Positions 9,437 through 17,992 of a DNA stretch of 64,000 bases are shown here, piece after piece. Positions within the stretch are counted from its first letter, which is position 1. Each line of letters opens with the position of its first letter. Origin of the DNA: Candidatus Latescibacterota bacterium. GTDB taxonomy: Bacteria > Latescibacterota > UBA2968. The notes below the pieces were generated by a model that was not told where the DNA came from, did not search any database, and was given only the letters and a program-made list of their open reading frames with translations. Made by a program: the position numbers and the translations under genes. Where the stretch lies: assembly GCA_965205975.1 (NCBI GenBank), contig OZ242195.1, positions 3,712,001-3,776,000 on the forward strand. Reading direction: 5' to 3'.

Positions 9437-10764
9437 ATTACACGCCACATACAGAACGCGATATTCAACACATGCTCAACGCGATCGGAGTAGCATCCAC
9501 TGATGATCTATTTGCACCCGTTCCCGAATCGCTTCGTCTAAACGCGCTCAATCTGCCCCCTGGAATCAGTGAAATGGAGGCGACGGCTTTTGCGCAATCC
9601 CTGACCGATCAGGGGCGCGAGACACCCCTATCGTTTTTAGGCGGGGGAGCTTACGATCACTTTTCGCCCAGCGTGGTCGATGCCATCATTTCACGAGGCG
9701 AATTCTTTACAGCCTACACGCCCTATCAGCCCGAGGTGAGCCAGGGAACCCTTCGGGCTATTTTTGAATTTCAATCCATGATTTGTGAACTGACCAACAT
9801 GGAAGTCGCCAATGCGTCCATGTACGACGGCGCTTCTGCACTGGCCGAAGCCGTGCTTATGTCGGTTCGGCTGAACAACCGTACGCGCGTTTTATTGCCG
9901 CGCAGCCTGCACCCGTTTTACCGCCAGGTGGTAGCGACCTATGTGCGGGGGATAGATCTCGAACTCGTGGATATTCCCTGGTCTGACTCCGGCGCATTGG
10001 ATATGTCAGCTTTGAAGCGCGAATTGAACGACAATACCGCTGCCGTGGTCGTACAAAATCCAAATTTTCTGGGCGTACTCGAACACTTAGACGAAATTGG
10101 CGACCTCGTCAACAATACCAGAACGGCTTTTATAGCCTGCGTCAATCCCATATCTCTGAGCGCGATTCGCCCACCAGGCGACTTCGGCGCCGATATGGTC
10201 GTAGGTGATGGGCAGCCACTGGGCCTGCCCCTGTCTTATGGCGGACCTTATGTCGGCTTTTTTGCATCGCAGGAAGCACATGTGCGAAAAATGCCCGGTC
10301 GTATCTGCGGCCAGACCATCGATGTAGATGGCAAACGCGGCTTTGTACTGACATTGCAAACGCGCGAGCAACACATTCGACGCGAACGCGCCACATCGAA
10401 CATCTGCACCAACCAGACCCTCTGCGCAACCGCAGCAACCGTGTACCTATCCTCAATCGGACCGCAGGGCTTCCGCGAAGTTGGCGAATTGAACTGGCAT
10501 CAAAGCCATCGCGCTTTGCAGGCATTGACCGCATTAGACGGTGTGCACCAGAAATTTTCCGGTCCAATATTTAACGAATTTGTTCTGGAAACAGACCGCA
10601 AAGCATCCGATGTTCTAACAGCTTTGCAACATCGGGGCATCGAAGCCGGCATAGACCTGGGCCGATTTTACCCCGCACTCGAAAATTGTATTCTCACATG
10701 TGTCACGGAAAAACGCACAGACGCCGATATTGATCGCCTGATCGATGAGTGGAGGGCATTGTAA
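9433..10764 (+). CDS. gcvPA: Glycine dehydrogenase (decarboxylating) subunit 1
   Basis: YTPYQPEVSQG, NASMYDG, REQHIRRERATSNICTNQ. Confidence 0.98.
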   Translation: MNYTPHTERDIQHMLNAIGVASTDDLFAPVPESLRLNALNLPPGISEMEATAFAQSLTDQGRETPLSFLGGGAYDHFSPSVVDAIISRGEFFTAYTPYQPEVSQGTLRAIFEFQSMICELTNMEVANASMYDGASALAEAVLMSVRLNNRTRVLLPRSLHPFYRQVVATYVRGIDLELVDIPWSDSGALDMSALKRELNDNTAAVVVQNPNFLGVLEHLDEIGDLVNNTRTAFIACVNPISLSAIRPPGDFGADMVVGDGQPLGLPLSYGGPYVGFFASQEAHVRKMPGRICGQTIDVDGKRGFVLTLQTREQHIRRERATSNICTNQTLCATAATVYLSSIGPQGFREVGELNWHQSHRALQALTALDGVHQKFSGPIFNEFVLETDRKASDVLTALQHRGIEAGIDLGRFYPALENCILTCVTEKRTDADIDRLIDEWRAL

Positions 10765-12212
10765 TGGATCGCGATAAGTTAATTTTTGAACGCGGCGCGC
10801 CGGGCAGGCGCTGTGTCGCATTTCCCGCTGCTGTAGATTCCGGAACAGCGATACCCGAAACCATGCGCCGCGATGTGCCCCCCGGTCTCCCCGAAGTGAG
10901 CGAACTGGAACTCGTGCGCCACTACACCGCGCTTTCACAGATGAATTTCAGCATCGATACGCATTTTTACCCCCTGGGATCCTGTACCATGAAATACAAT
11001 CCCAGAGTACATGAGAAAGCTGCGCGTATCCCGCAGATCGCGGGATTGCATCCCCTATCGGAAAACGCCCAACCCGCCCTGCAAATCTTATGGGAAATGG
11101 AACAAGTGCTCAAAGCCGTCAGCGGAATGGATGGATTTACCTTTCAACCCACAGCCGGGGCACAGGGCGAATTCGTGGGAATCTCACTGATCGCCGCCTA
11201 TCACAGGGCACAGGGCAACGCAAAAAAAGTAGTCCTTATCCCCGACTCGGCCCATGGCACAAATCCGGCAACCGCGGCAATCTGTGGATATTCAGTACAG
11301 GCAATAAAATCAACAGAACGCGGCACAGTCGATGTAGAAGACCTCAAAACGCATTTGAACGAAGACGTAGCCGGATTGATGTTGACCAACCCCAACACAT
11401 TTGGCGTATTTGAAGACGAAATTGAAGACATCGCCGCATTGGTACACGACGCGGGTGGCCTCCTGTATTACGATGGCGCGAACTTAAACGCCTTTTTGGG
11501 CCAGTGTAGGCCCGGCGACATGGGCTTTGACGTCGTACACATCAACCTGCACAAAACATTTACCACGCCCCACGGAGGCGGCGGACCCGGCTCTGGTCCC
11601 GTAGGCGTAAAAAAGGCACTCTTGCCATTTTTGCCCCTGCCCGTAGTCCTGAAAGAAGGCGATACATTCAAACTCGACTTTGACCGCCCGGAATCCATCG
11701 GCAAAGTGAGTTCATTCTACGGCAATTTTGGGATGGTAATACGCGCACTGGTCTATGCCAAAATGCTCGGCGCAGAAGGCATGCGCCGCACCAGTGAAAT
11801 GGCCGTCTTGAATGCCAATTATATCGCGGCAAAACTCGACCCCTACTACGACCGCCCCAAAAATGCACAACCCATGCACGAAATGGTATTCTCGGCATCG
11901 CGACAAAAAAAGGCGAACGGGATCACCGCAACCGATATCGCCAAACGGCTGATCGATTACGGCGTCCATCCGCCCACGATCTACTTTCCCCTGCCCAACG
12001 TCGCGCCCGAAACCATGCTCATCGAACCGACCGAAACCGAAAGCCTCGAACAGGTTGACGACTTTATCGAAGCCATGATTCAAATTGCAAAAGAAGCCGA
12101 AGAAAATCCCGACCTCCTCAGAGAAGCCCCCCACGCAACGCCCGTGCGAAGACTGGACGAAGCAACCGCCGCGCGAAAGCCCATTCTTCGATTCAAGACC
12201 AATAACCCTTGA
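10764..12212 (+). CDS. gcvPB: Glycine dehydrogenase (decarboxylating) subunit 2
   Basis: PLGSCTMKYN, SAHGTNPA, PLP motif NLHKTFTTPHGGGGPG. Confidence 0.98.
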   Translation: MDRDKLIFERGAPGRRCVAFPAAVDSGTAIPETMRRDVPPGLPEVSELELVRHYTALSQMNFSIDTHFYPLGSCTMKYNPRVHEKAARIPQIAGLHPLSENAQPALQILWEMEQVLKAVSGMDGFTFQPTAGAQGEFVGISLIAAYHRAQGNAKKVVLIPDSAHGTNPATAAICGYSVQAIKSTERGTVDVEDLKTHLNEDVAGLMLTNPNTFGVFEDEIEDIAALVHDAGGLLYYDGANLNAFLGQCRPGDMGFDVVHINLHKTFTTPHGGGGPGSGPVGVKKALLPFLPLPVVLKEGDTFKLDFDRPESIGKVSSFYGNFGMVIRALVYAKMLGAEGMRRTSEMAVLNANYIAAKLDPYYDRPKNAQPMHEMVFSASRQKKANGITATDIAKRLIDYGVHPPTIYFPLPNVAPETMLIEPTETESLEQVDDFIEAMIQIAKEAEENPDLLREAPHATPVRRLDEATAARKPILRFKTNNP

Positions 12213-12249
12213 CACATTCAAATATCTAACTATATTCCCTGGGGAATAT
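12209..12249 (+). promoter_or_regulatory. Putative promoter overlapped by a palindromic operator
   Basis: TTGACA-N16-TATATT; ATATTCCC-tg-GGGAATAT at 12232-12249. Confidence 0.6.
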
Positions 12250-12278
12250 GAATTGTTGATCTCTCCAGGAGAAGTTCC

Positions 12279-12467
12279 ATGAACACGCAAGAATTAATTA
12301 CGACACGAGAGGCGGCTGAAAACCTTGGATATACAATTCAGCACACACGCCTGTTGATACGTCGTGGACAAATTGAAGCCACGAAATTTGGCAGAGATTG
12401 GCTGGTCGTGCGTGAATCGGTTGTCGAGTACAAGACGGGTGGTGCATCAGACAATTCCAACGAATGA
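12279..12467 (+). CDS. Excisionase-like (HTH_17) DNA-binding protein
   Basis: LITTREAAENLG...LIRRGQIEATKFGRDWLV signature. Confidence 0.9.
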   Translation: MNTQELITTREAAENLGYTIQHTRLLIRRGQIEATKFGRDWLVVRESVVEYKTGGASDNSNE

Positions 12468-12504
12468 ACGGGATAGACCTGATAAGATAGAAAGGAAGGG
12501 CGTC

Positions 12505-12954
12505 ATGGCAACACTTGAAGAGGTCAAAGAGGATATTGGGCAACTGCGGCTTGAGCAAGACACCAAGTTGACCCGACTTGAAACAGAAGTCAAAGAGGAT
12601 ATTGGGCAACTTCGACTTGAGCACGGTAATAAGCTGACGCAGCTTGAGGCAGAAATAGGGCAACTTCGACTTGAGCAAGACAACAAGTTGACCCGACTTG
12701 AAACAGAAGTCAAAGAGGAAATAGGACAACTGCGGCTTGAACACGGCACCCAATTGACGCGGCTTGAGACATTGGTTGAACCCATACCAGAACAATTAAA
12801 AAACATTGCAGAAAGCCTGAGATCACTTGAAAGAAGTCATGCCGAGCACAAGGGCATGGTCGTCGGCGCGCGATGGATTATCGGAGTTGGGCTTGCGGTG
12901 CTGGCGGCCTGTGGTGGCGTTGCCGGTGCTGTTGTCAGCCACGTTTTGAAGTAG
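12505..12954 (+). CDS. Coiled-coil repeat protein with C-terminal membrane anchor
   Basis: Four (EVKE)DIGQLRLE..KLTRLE repeats; hydrophobic tail WIIGVGLAVLAACGGVAGAVV; RBS before ATG 12505. Confidence 0.8.
   Translation: MATLEEVKEDIGQLRLEQDTKLTRLETEVKEDIGQLRLEHGNKLTQLEAEIGQLRLEQDNKLTRLETEVKEEIGQLRLEHGTQLTRLETLVEPIPEQLKNIAESLRSLERSHAEHKGMVVGARWIIGVGLAVLAACGGVAGAVVSHVLK
12520..12771 (+). repeat. Intragenic tandem repeat (66/66/54/66 nt units)
   Basis: caagttgacccgacttgaaacagaagtcaaagagga recurs at 120-nt spacing. Confidence 0.9.
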
Positions 12955-12979
12955 AGAACAGTGTCGGGTGAGGTGACAA

Positions 12980-13834
12980 ATGAGTACACATAGCGTAAAA
13001 GCACCGCCCCTCAAAATTCAAGGCATCAAAACAAAGCTCGTTTCATTTATTATGCACAATGTGAAATGGGATGGACAGGGGCGATGGGTTGAACCCTTCT
13101 TGGGATCGGGGGTTGTGGCACTAAACGTCAATCCCGAGAGAGCCTTGCTCGCAGATACGAATGAACACATCATTCACTTCTATCGCGCAATACAAACTGG
13201 CGAAATGAATCCCTATGATTTGCGCTGCTTTTTAGAACGAGAAGGGAGTGCGCTGAAAGAAAAAGGCCAGGACCACTACTATGAACTGCGTGAACGTTTT
13301 AATACAAATCATTCGCCCTTTGACTTTCTCTTTTTAAATCGCGCGTGTTTTAATGGCATGATGAGATTCAACTCAAAGGGCAAATTTAACGTGCCTTTTT
13401 GCAGAAAGCCCGAAAGATTCGCTCAGGCTTATATCACCAAAATATGCAATCAAGTCGCCTGGGCACTTGAAAGAATAAAGGGGAAAGATTGGCACTTCGA
13501 GGTTCAGGACTGGCGTGATACGATAAGCCAAATTGAAGATTCCGATTTTGTATATCTCGATCCGCCTTATAATGACAGACATACGGATTATTACAACCAG
13601 TGGCGCGACAGTGATGCCGATGGATTGGCGCGAGCAGTCAAAAAATTAAAAGCTCCTTTTGCTTACTCTACCTGGAAGCAAAATAAATACCGTACAAATG
13701 ATCACCTGACAAAGCATTTCTCTGATTTTCCCATGGCGACAAAGGCGCATTTCTATCATATCGGCTCAAAAGAATCCCTCCGCAACGCGATGGAAGAAGC
13801 ACTCGTCATGTCTCCAGCGGCTTTTGTTTTTTAA
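12980..13834 (+). CDS. Dam-family N6-adenine DNA methyltransferase, M.EcoRV-like
   Basis: EPFLGSG motif I, DPPY motif IV; QGIKTKL, FNVPFCRKPERFAQAYITKI and HFYHIG blocks resemble M.EcoRV as I recall it. Confidence 0.93.
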   Translation: MSTHSVKAPPLKIQGIKTKLVSFIMHNVKWDGQGRWVEPFLGSGVVALNVNPERALLADTNEHIIHFYRAIQTGEMNPYDLRCFLEREGSALKEKGQDHYYELRERFNTNHSPFDFLFLNRACFNGMMRFNSKGKFNVPFCRKPERFAQAYITKICNQVAWALERIKGKDWHFEVQDWRDTISQIEDSDFVYLDPPYNDRHTDYYNQWRDSDADGLARAVKKLKAPFAYSTWKQNKYRTNDHLTKHFSDFPMATKAHFYHIGSKESLRNAMEEALVMSPAAFVF

Positions 13835-14628
13835 TCGGCGCAAAAACTCCAGGCCTCAACTGTACCCGCCTTAAGTTCATCAATAATTCTATCACTAAAA
13901 AGAATGCTATCAGCGAACCACAGAGCGCGTTTAGCACCTGACGCCAATGCTTCTTTGTATTTCGTGTAGTATCTAAGCGCGATTCTCTTATTCTGCGCCA
14001 TCTGTTCTTTATACGGACGGCGTTCCACATAGGGTTTATAGCAATAATACTTGTAAGACATATCCTCTCCCTGGCTCAGCCCGCGCACAATCATAAAAAG
14101 ATCTTTGTGAAAACTTGCAATGATCAGATAGACATTCGCAATAAAAGGACCATTGGGAAACGCCCTCGCATATTGATACGCCACCTTTATGTCGGGCATT
14201 TCAAGTCCATTAGTACTCATAATCTGTGAAAAAAGGGTATATTCCCGATATTTGGAATAAGGGTTCAGTTCATGGGCCTGGACGAGGATTTTGCCGGAAT
14301 ACAGTAAGACCGGAACATATCTGCTTATTTCGAATCCCAACTCACCTGCGCTATTGTTACTGAATTTTTTGCGTGTTTCTATTCCCACCACAAGCGTGTG
14401 TCCATCGTATTTGGAATAACCTTCAGAATCTTCAGAATATTTCGGCAACTCCTCTGCGAGGAACGCCCTCAATTTCCCATCTAACTCGACATATTTTTTT
14501 ACCGTCGGACTTGCTATTGTCGCCTCGTATTCCGCATAAAGCTGATCGAGTCGTTGTTGTATGGGATCTTCTCCAAACGCATTTGAAGTAATCGCGCACC
14601 CCATAAAAATATAGAAAATTATTCTCAC
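13831..14628 (-). CDS. Hypothetical exported protein
   Basis: 265-aa ORF, GGAGG RBS, signal-peptide-like N-terminus; convergent 4-bp overlap with the MTase. Confidence 0.75.
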   Translation of the reverse strand: MRIIFYIFMGCAITSNAFGEDPIQQRLDQLYAEYEATIASPTVKKYVELDGKLRAFLAEELPKYSEDSEGYSKYDGHTLVVGIETRKKFSNNSAGELGFEISRYVPVLLYSGKILVQAHELNPYSKYREYTLFSQIMSTNGLEMPDIKVAYQYARAFPNGPFIANVYLIIASFHKDLFMIVRGLSQGEDMSYKYYCYKPYVERRPYKEQMAQNKRIALRYYTKYKEALASGAKRALWFADSILFSDRIIDELKAGTVEAWSFCAD

Positions 14629-14744
14629 CGCACACCCTCCTTAATTTATCCTCACTTCTCTTTGCATCTCGTATATTCCCGTTCTCTGGGCAGTTCAAGA
14701 TTTTCTGGCATGTTCTTTTTTAACGTATTATGGTAAAATAGGGC

Positions 14745-14784
14745 AAAACCTTCTGGATCGCGGCTAACACCCTGCCGCGATGAC
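14745..14784. repeat. CGTC-type palindrome, half element
   Basis: ctggatCgcggc..gccgcGatgac; compensatory change relative to the 1426 and 15805 copies. Confidence 0.85.
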
Positions 14785-14813
14785 GGCGACCCTTACCTCT
14801 TAGACCTTTCATA

Positions 14814-14862
14814 TCCTTGTATCTTTGTGTCTTAGTGTCTTTGTGTGAGGCCCTCTCACATC
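14814..14862. repeat. 9-nt periodic motif plus short hairpin, copy 1
   Basis: cttgtatctttg...gtctttgtgtgaggccctctcacatc shared with 61981-62019. Confidence 0.8.
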
Positions 14863-14887
14863 CTACTTCCCACAAGCAGGTGCTATC

Positions 14888-15706
14888 ATGTCCTTCCAAT
14901 TCACAGAAAAGCACATCGCCGATTACCACACCCTCGGCTACACAATCTTCCAGAATATCATACCCACATCCCTGCTCACAGACCTGCGCCGCGTCTCCGA
15001 CAAAGCCAGAGAAATAGCGCGCAAAGTCACCGGTCCACAGGCGCAGCGCCTCCAGCCCATCGCCAAATACGACCTCGACCAGCGCCCCTTCAAAAACTAC
15101 GGTGAATTGCCAGAACTCAACGACGCCATCCATCGCGTCCTCACCCCGCATCACTACCACGCCGACCTCAACCGCACCGGCATCCTGCTCGAACCCGCCC
15201 AATACCCCTGGTGTACGGACTGGCACCGCGACTGGCGCGATCACATGCCCCGGGAAGTATTCGAATCCGAATTTCGCGAAGAATGGCAATGGCAATCCTT
15301 CCACATCGACTACCAGAACCAGATCAACTGCGCCCTATACGAAGACCCCGCCACCTGGATCGTACCCGGCAGCCACTATCGCCAGCGCAACCTCCCCGGC
15401 GAAATCGCCGCCAAAAATGCCTATGACCGCGACAAATTCCGCAATCAGAAACCCGTATCCAACGAACAGCAAGAACGCGACTGCCTCGACTACACGCGCA
15501 ACATGCCCGGTGCGGTGCAACTGCGCCTCAACGCGGGCGACTTCGCCCTCTACCGCTCCAGCGCCTGGCACCTCGGCAATTACGTCCCCTACCGCAAACG
15601 CGCCACCCTCCACGACTTCTGCGGCACACCTGAATATTCCCAACACATCAACGACCGCGTTGAAAGACGAGAAACCGCCATCAAACGCCTTGCATCTGCG
15701 ACATAA
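14888..15706 (+). CDS. Phytanoyl-CoA dioxygenase (PhyH) family Fe(II)/2OG oxygenase
   Basis: Y..LGY, WHRD, IVPGSH, AGD, distal WH. Confidence 0.88.
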   Translation: MSFQFTEKHIADYHTLGYTIFQNIIPTSLLTDLRRVSDKAREIARKVTGPQAQRLQPIAKYDLDQRPFKNYGELPELNDAIHRVLTPHHYHADLNRTGILLEPAQYPWCTDWHRDWRDHMPREVFESEFREEWQWQSFHIDYQNQINCALYEDPATWIVPGSHYRQRNLPGEIAAKNAYDRDKFRNQKPVSNEQQERDCLDYTRNMPGAVQLRLNAGDFALYRSSAWHLGNYVPYRKRATLHDFCGTPEYSQHINDRVERRETAIKRLASAT

Positions 15707-15804
15707 ACACATCCGGCGTCATGCACATAACTATTGTCTCTGCATTTTTCTATTCGTAAATTTAAGTACTGCCCAGAATTCTTCTGGTTAAAAAATAAAA
15801 AATT

Positions 15805-15883
15805 CTTCTGGATTGCGGCTCAAAACCATGCCGCAATGACACCTGTTGCTCGTCACGCCTGCATGCTTTAAGCAGGCGTCCAG
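15805..15883. repeat. CGTC-type double-hairpin palindromic element, copy 2
   Basis: Differs from 1426-1504 by two substitutions and a 6-nt variable spacer. Confidence 0.9.
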
Positions 15884-15931
15884 TTGTAAACCATTCCGTC
15901 TATTCGTTGATTCGTATAAAGGAGCCACGTC

Positions 15932-16702
15932 ATGCAACTCACACCCGAACAAATCCGCGAATTTTACGACCGCGGCTACGTCAAAATACCCGGAGCCATA
16001 TCAAAAGCCATGGTCGATACCGCGCGGCAAGCCGTCAACCACTCCATCGGCACCCTGGGACCAAATGGCGAAGACATGTCCAAACACCGCGCAGCGCAAT
16101 TCTGCCGCGACTTGAACGGCGCCCCGGTCATCATGGACCTCTTCAACGCCAGCCCGGTCATCTCCCTCGCCGAATCCCTCATGGGAGAAGGCAACTTGCA
16201 AAAACCCATCAGAGGCGCGCAAGTCGCCCCGCGCTTTCCCACAGTAATCGGCGAAGTCCCACCCGAACCCCGCGGCCATCTCGACGGCATGGGCACCGGC
16301 ACCAATGGCATGCCAAAAGGCGTGTACCGCCGCGGATTCACGGCCTTCGCCGTCATCTATCTCGCCGACGTACCCGAACCCTACAGCGGCAACTTCACCG
16401 TCTGGCCCCAATCCCATCGCTTCTTTGAAAACTACTTCAAACGCGAGGGCCTCGAAACACTCTCCAACGGCACCCCGCGTATCGACCTGCCCGAAGGCCC
16501 GGACATGGTCACCGGCAACGCTGGCGACCTCATCATCGCACACCATCAGATGATCCACACCGGTGGCCCCAATGCCTCGCCCAACATACGCTACGCCGCC
16601 ATCGCGCGCCTGCGCCACATCGACTGCGAGAAAAATGGCAACGAAGGCTTCCAGGACATCTGGCGCGAATTTCCCTGCGTGCGCGAAGCCATCGCAGCGT
16701 AA
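15932..16702 (+). CDS. PhyH family dioxygenase
   Basis: LTPEQIREFYDRGYV, GHLDG, GNFTVWPQSH, AGD..HH..H. Confidence 0.88.
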   Translation: MQLTPEQIREFYDRGYVKIPGAISKAMVDTARQAVNHSIGTLGPNGEDMSKHRAAQFCRDLNGAPVIMDLFNASPVISLAESLMGEGNLQKPIRGAQVAPRFPTVIGEVPPEPRGHLDGMGTGTNGMPKGVYRRGFTAFAVIYLADVPEPYSGNFTVWPQSHRFFENYFKREGLETLSNGTPRIDLPEGPDMVTGNAGDLIIAHHQMIHTGGPNASPNIRYAAIARLRHIDCEKNGNEGFQDIWREFPCVREAIAA

Positions 16703-16728
16703 ACCACCTCACCAGGGGAAACAACACC

Positions 16729-17493
16729 ATGTTAAACCAGACACAAAAACGCCAATTCGCCGAAGAAGGCTACCTCAAAATCCCAGAGGCTGTCCCCAAA
16801 AACATGATCGAAACATCTCTTCGCGCCGTCAACCATTCCATCGGCAACGTCGGCATTGGCGGCGAAGACCTCTCCAGACATCGCTCGGGATTCTTCTGCG
16901 CCGAACTCCTCGACGCGCCCTTCATCCTCGACATGTACAACAAAACCCCGGTCATGCAAATCGCCGAATCGCTCATGGGCAAAGGCAATGTCCTCCCCGT
17001 TGAACGCGCCAAAACCTATCCGCGCTTTCCCCTCCCCCTCGGACAAGAACCATCGCCACCGCGCGGACACATCGACGGCATTGGCAGCGGCACCAACGGC
17101 ACGGCCAAAGGCGATTACAAACGCTCATTCACCGCCTTCGCCGTTGTCTATCTCGTCGATGTACCCGAACCCTACAGCGGCAACTTCACCGTCTGGCCCC
17201 AATCCCATCGCTTCTTTGCCTCCTACTTCACAGAACACGGCCACGAAGTACTCGCCAACGGCATGCCCAGGCCCGACCTGCCCAAAGACCCCATCATGAT
17301 CACCGGCAACGCGGGCGACCTCATCCTCGCGCATCACCAGGTCGTTCACGGAGCCTGTCTCAACGCATCGCCCAACGTGCGCCTCGCCACCATCACCCGC
17401 CTCAAGCACAAAGACACCGACGAAATCGGCAAAGACGCGTACACGGACATCTGGCGCGAATGGTCTGGGGTGCGGGATGTAATCAAGGGCTAA
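16729..17493 (+). CDS. PhyH family dioxygenase (tandem paralogue)
   Basis: GHIDG, GNFTVWPQSH; colinear with 15932-16702. Confidence 0.88.
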   Translation: MLNQTQKRQFAEEGYLKIPEAVPKNMIETSLRAVNHSIGNVGIGGEDLSRHRSGFFCAELLDAPFILDMYNKTPVMQIAESLMGKGNVLPVERAKTYPRFPLPLGQEPSPPRGHIDGIGSGTNGTAKGDYKRSFTAFAVVYLVDVPEPYSGNFTVWPQSHRFFASYFTEHGHEVLANGMPRPDLPKDPIMITGNAGDLILAHHQVVHGACLNASPNVRLATITRLKHKDTDEIGKDAYTDIWREWSGVRDVIKG

Positions 17494-17503
17494 AAGTGTG
17501 CTT

Positions 17504-17986
17504 ATGGGAAAATTTCAGAGCATCGAATTGGGTGCTGGCCAATCTGAATTTGGACGAAAATTTTACCCGAAATGTCTTGAAACTGATAGCGACCTCAGTC
17601 TTTTAAATAGCAATTGTATTGATGTGATCACAGACGCGCGTAAAATCTGTATTGACGACGGTTCATTTGATTGCGTTATTTTATGTAATCCATACGAATA
17701 TGGATTTATTCGCGAAGAGGGGCTCGTTCTTCTTCGTGAAATCGTACGTATCTTGAAAGACCAAGGACAAGTAATCCTCATTACTTCATCTTTTAATCCC
17801 TATTGTCAACCTCAGCGTGTTGAACAAATTGTCAACACTCTGAGATCGGAGATTGATATTATCATTCAGATGCAAGTCACTACCATCAATCCTCAAACGC
17901 AATATCCAGAACAAAAATTTTATCGTCTTGATGGCACAGAGACAAATCCAAACACTGAAATCATTCTTCAAATCCAAAAATCGTGA
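17504..17986 (+). CDS. Minimal class I SAM-dependent methyltransferase
   Basis: IELGAG motif I, DARKI..DDGSFDCVILCNPY, EIVRILKDQG; AT-rich. Confidence 0.75.
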   Translation: MGKFQSIELGAGQSEFGRKFYPKCLETDSDLSLLNSNCIDVITDARKICIDDGSFDCVILCNPYEYGFIREEGLVLLREIVRILKDQGQVILITSSFNPYCQPQRVEQIVNTLRSEIDIIIQMQVTTINPQTQYPEQKFYRLDGTETNPNTEIILQIQKS

Positions 17987-17992
17987 ACAGAT

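Noticed and set aside
12520..12771. Regularly spaced repeats as a CRISPR array
   Set aside because: In-frame coding repeats without unique spacers; no cas genes
12279..14628. Prophage or integrative element suggested by the excisionase-like gene
   Set aside because: No integrase, att repeats, tRNA or phage genes seen
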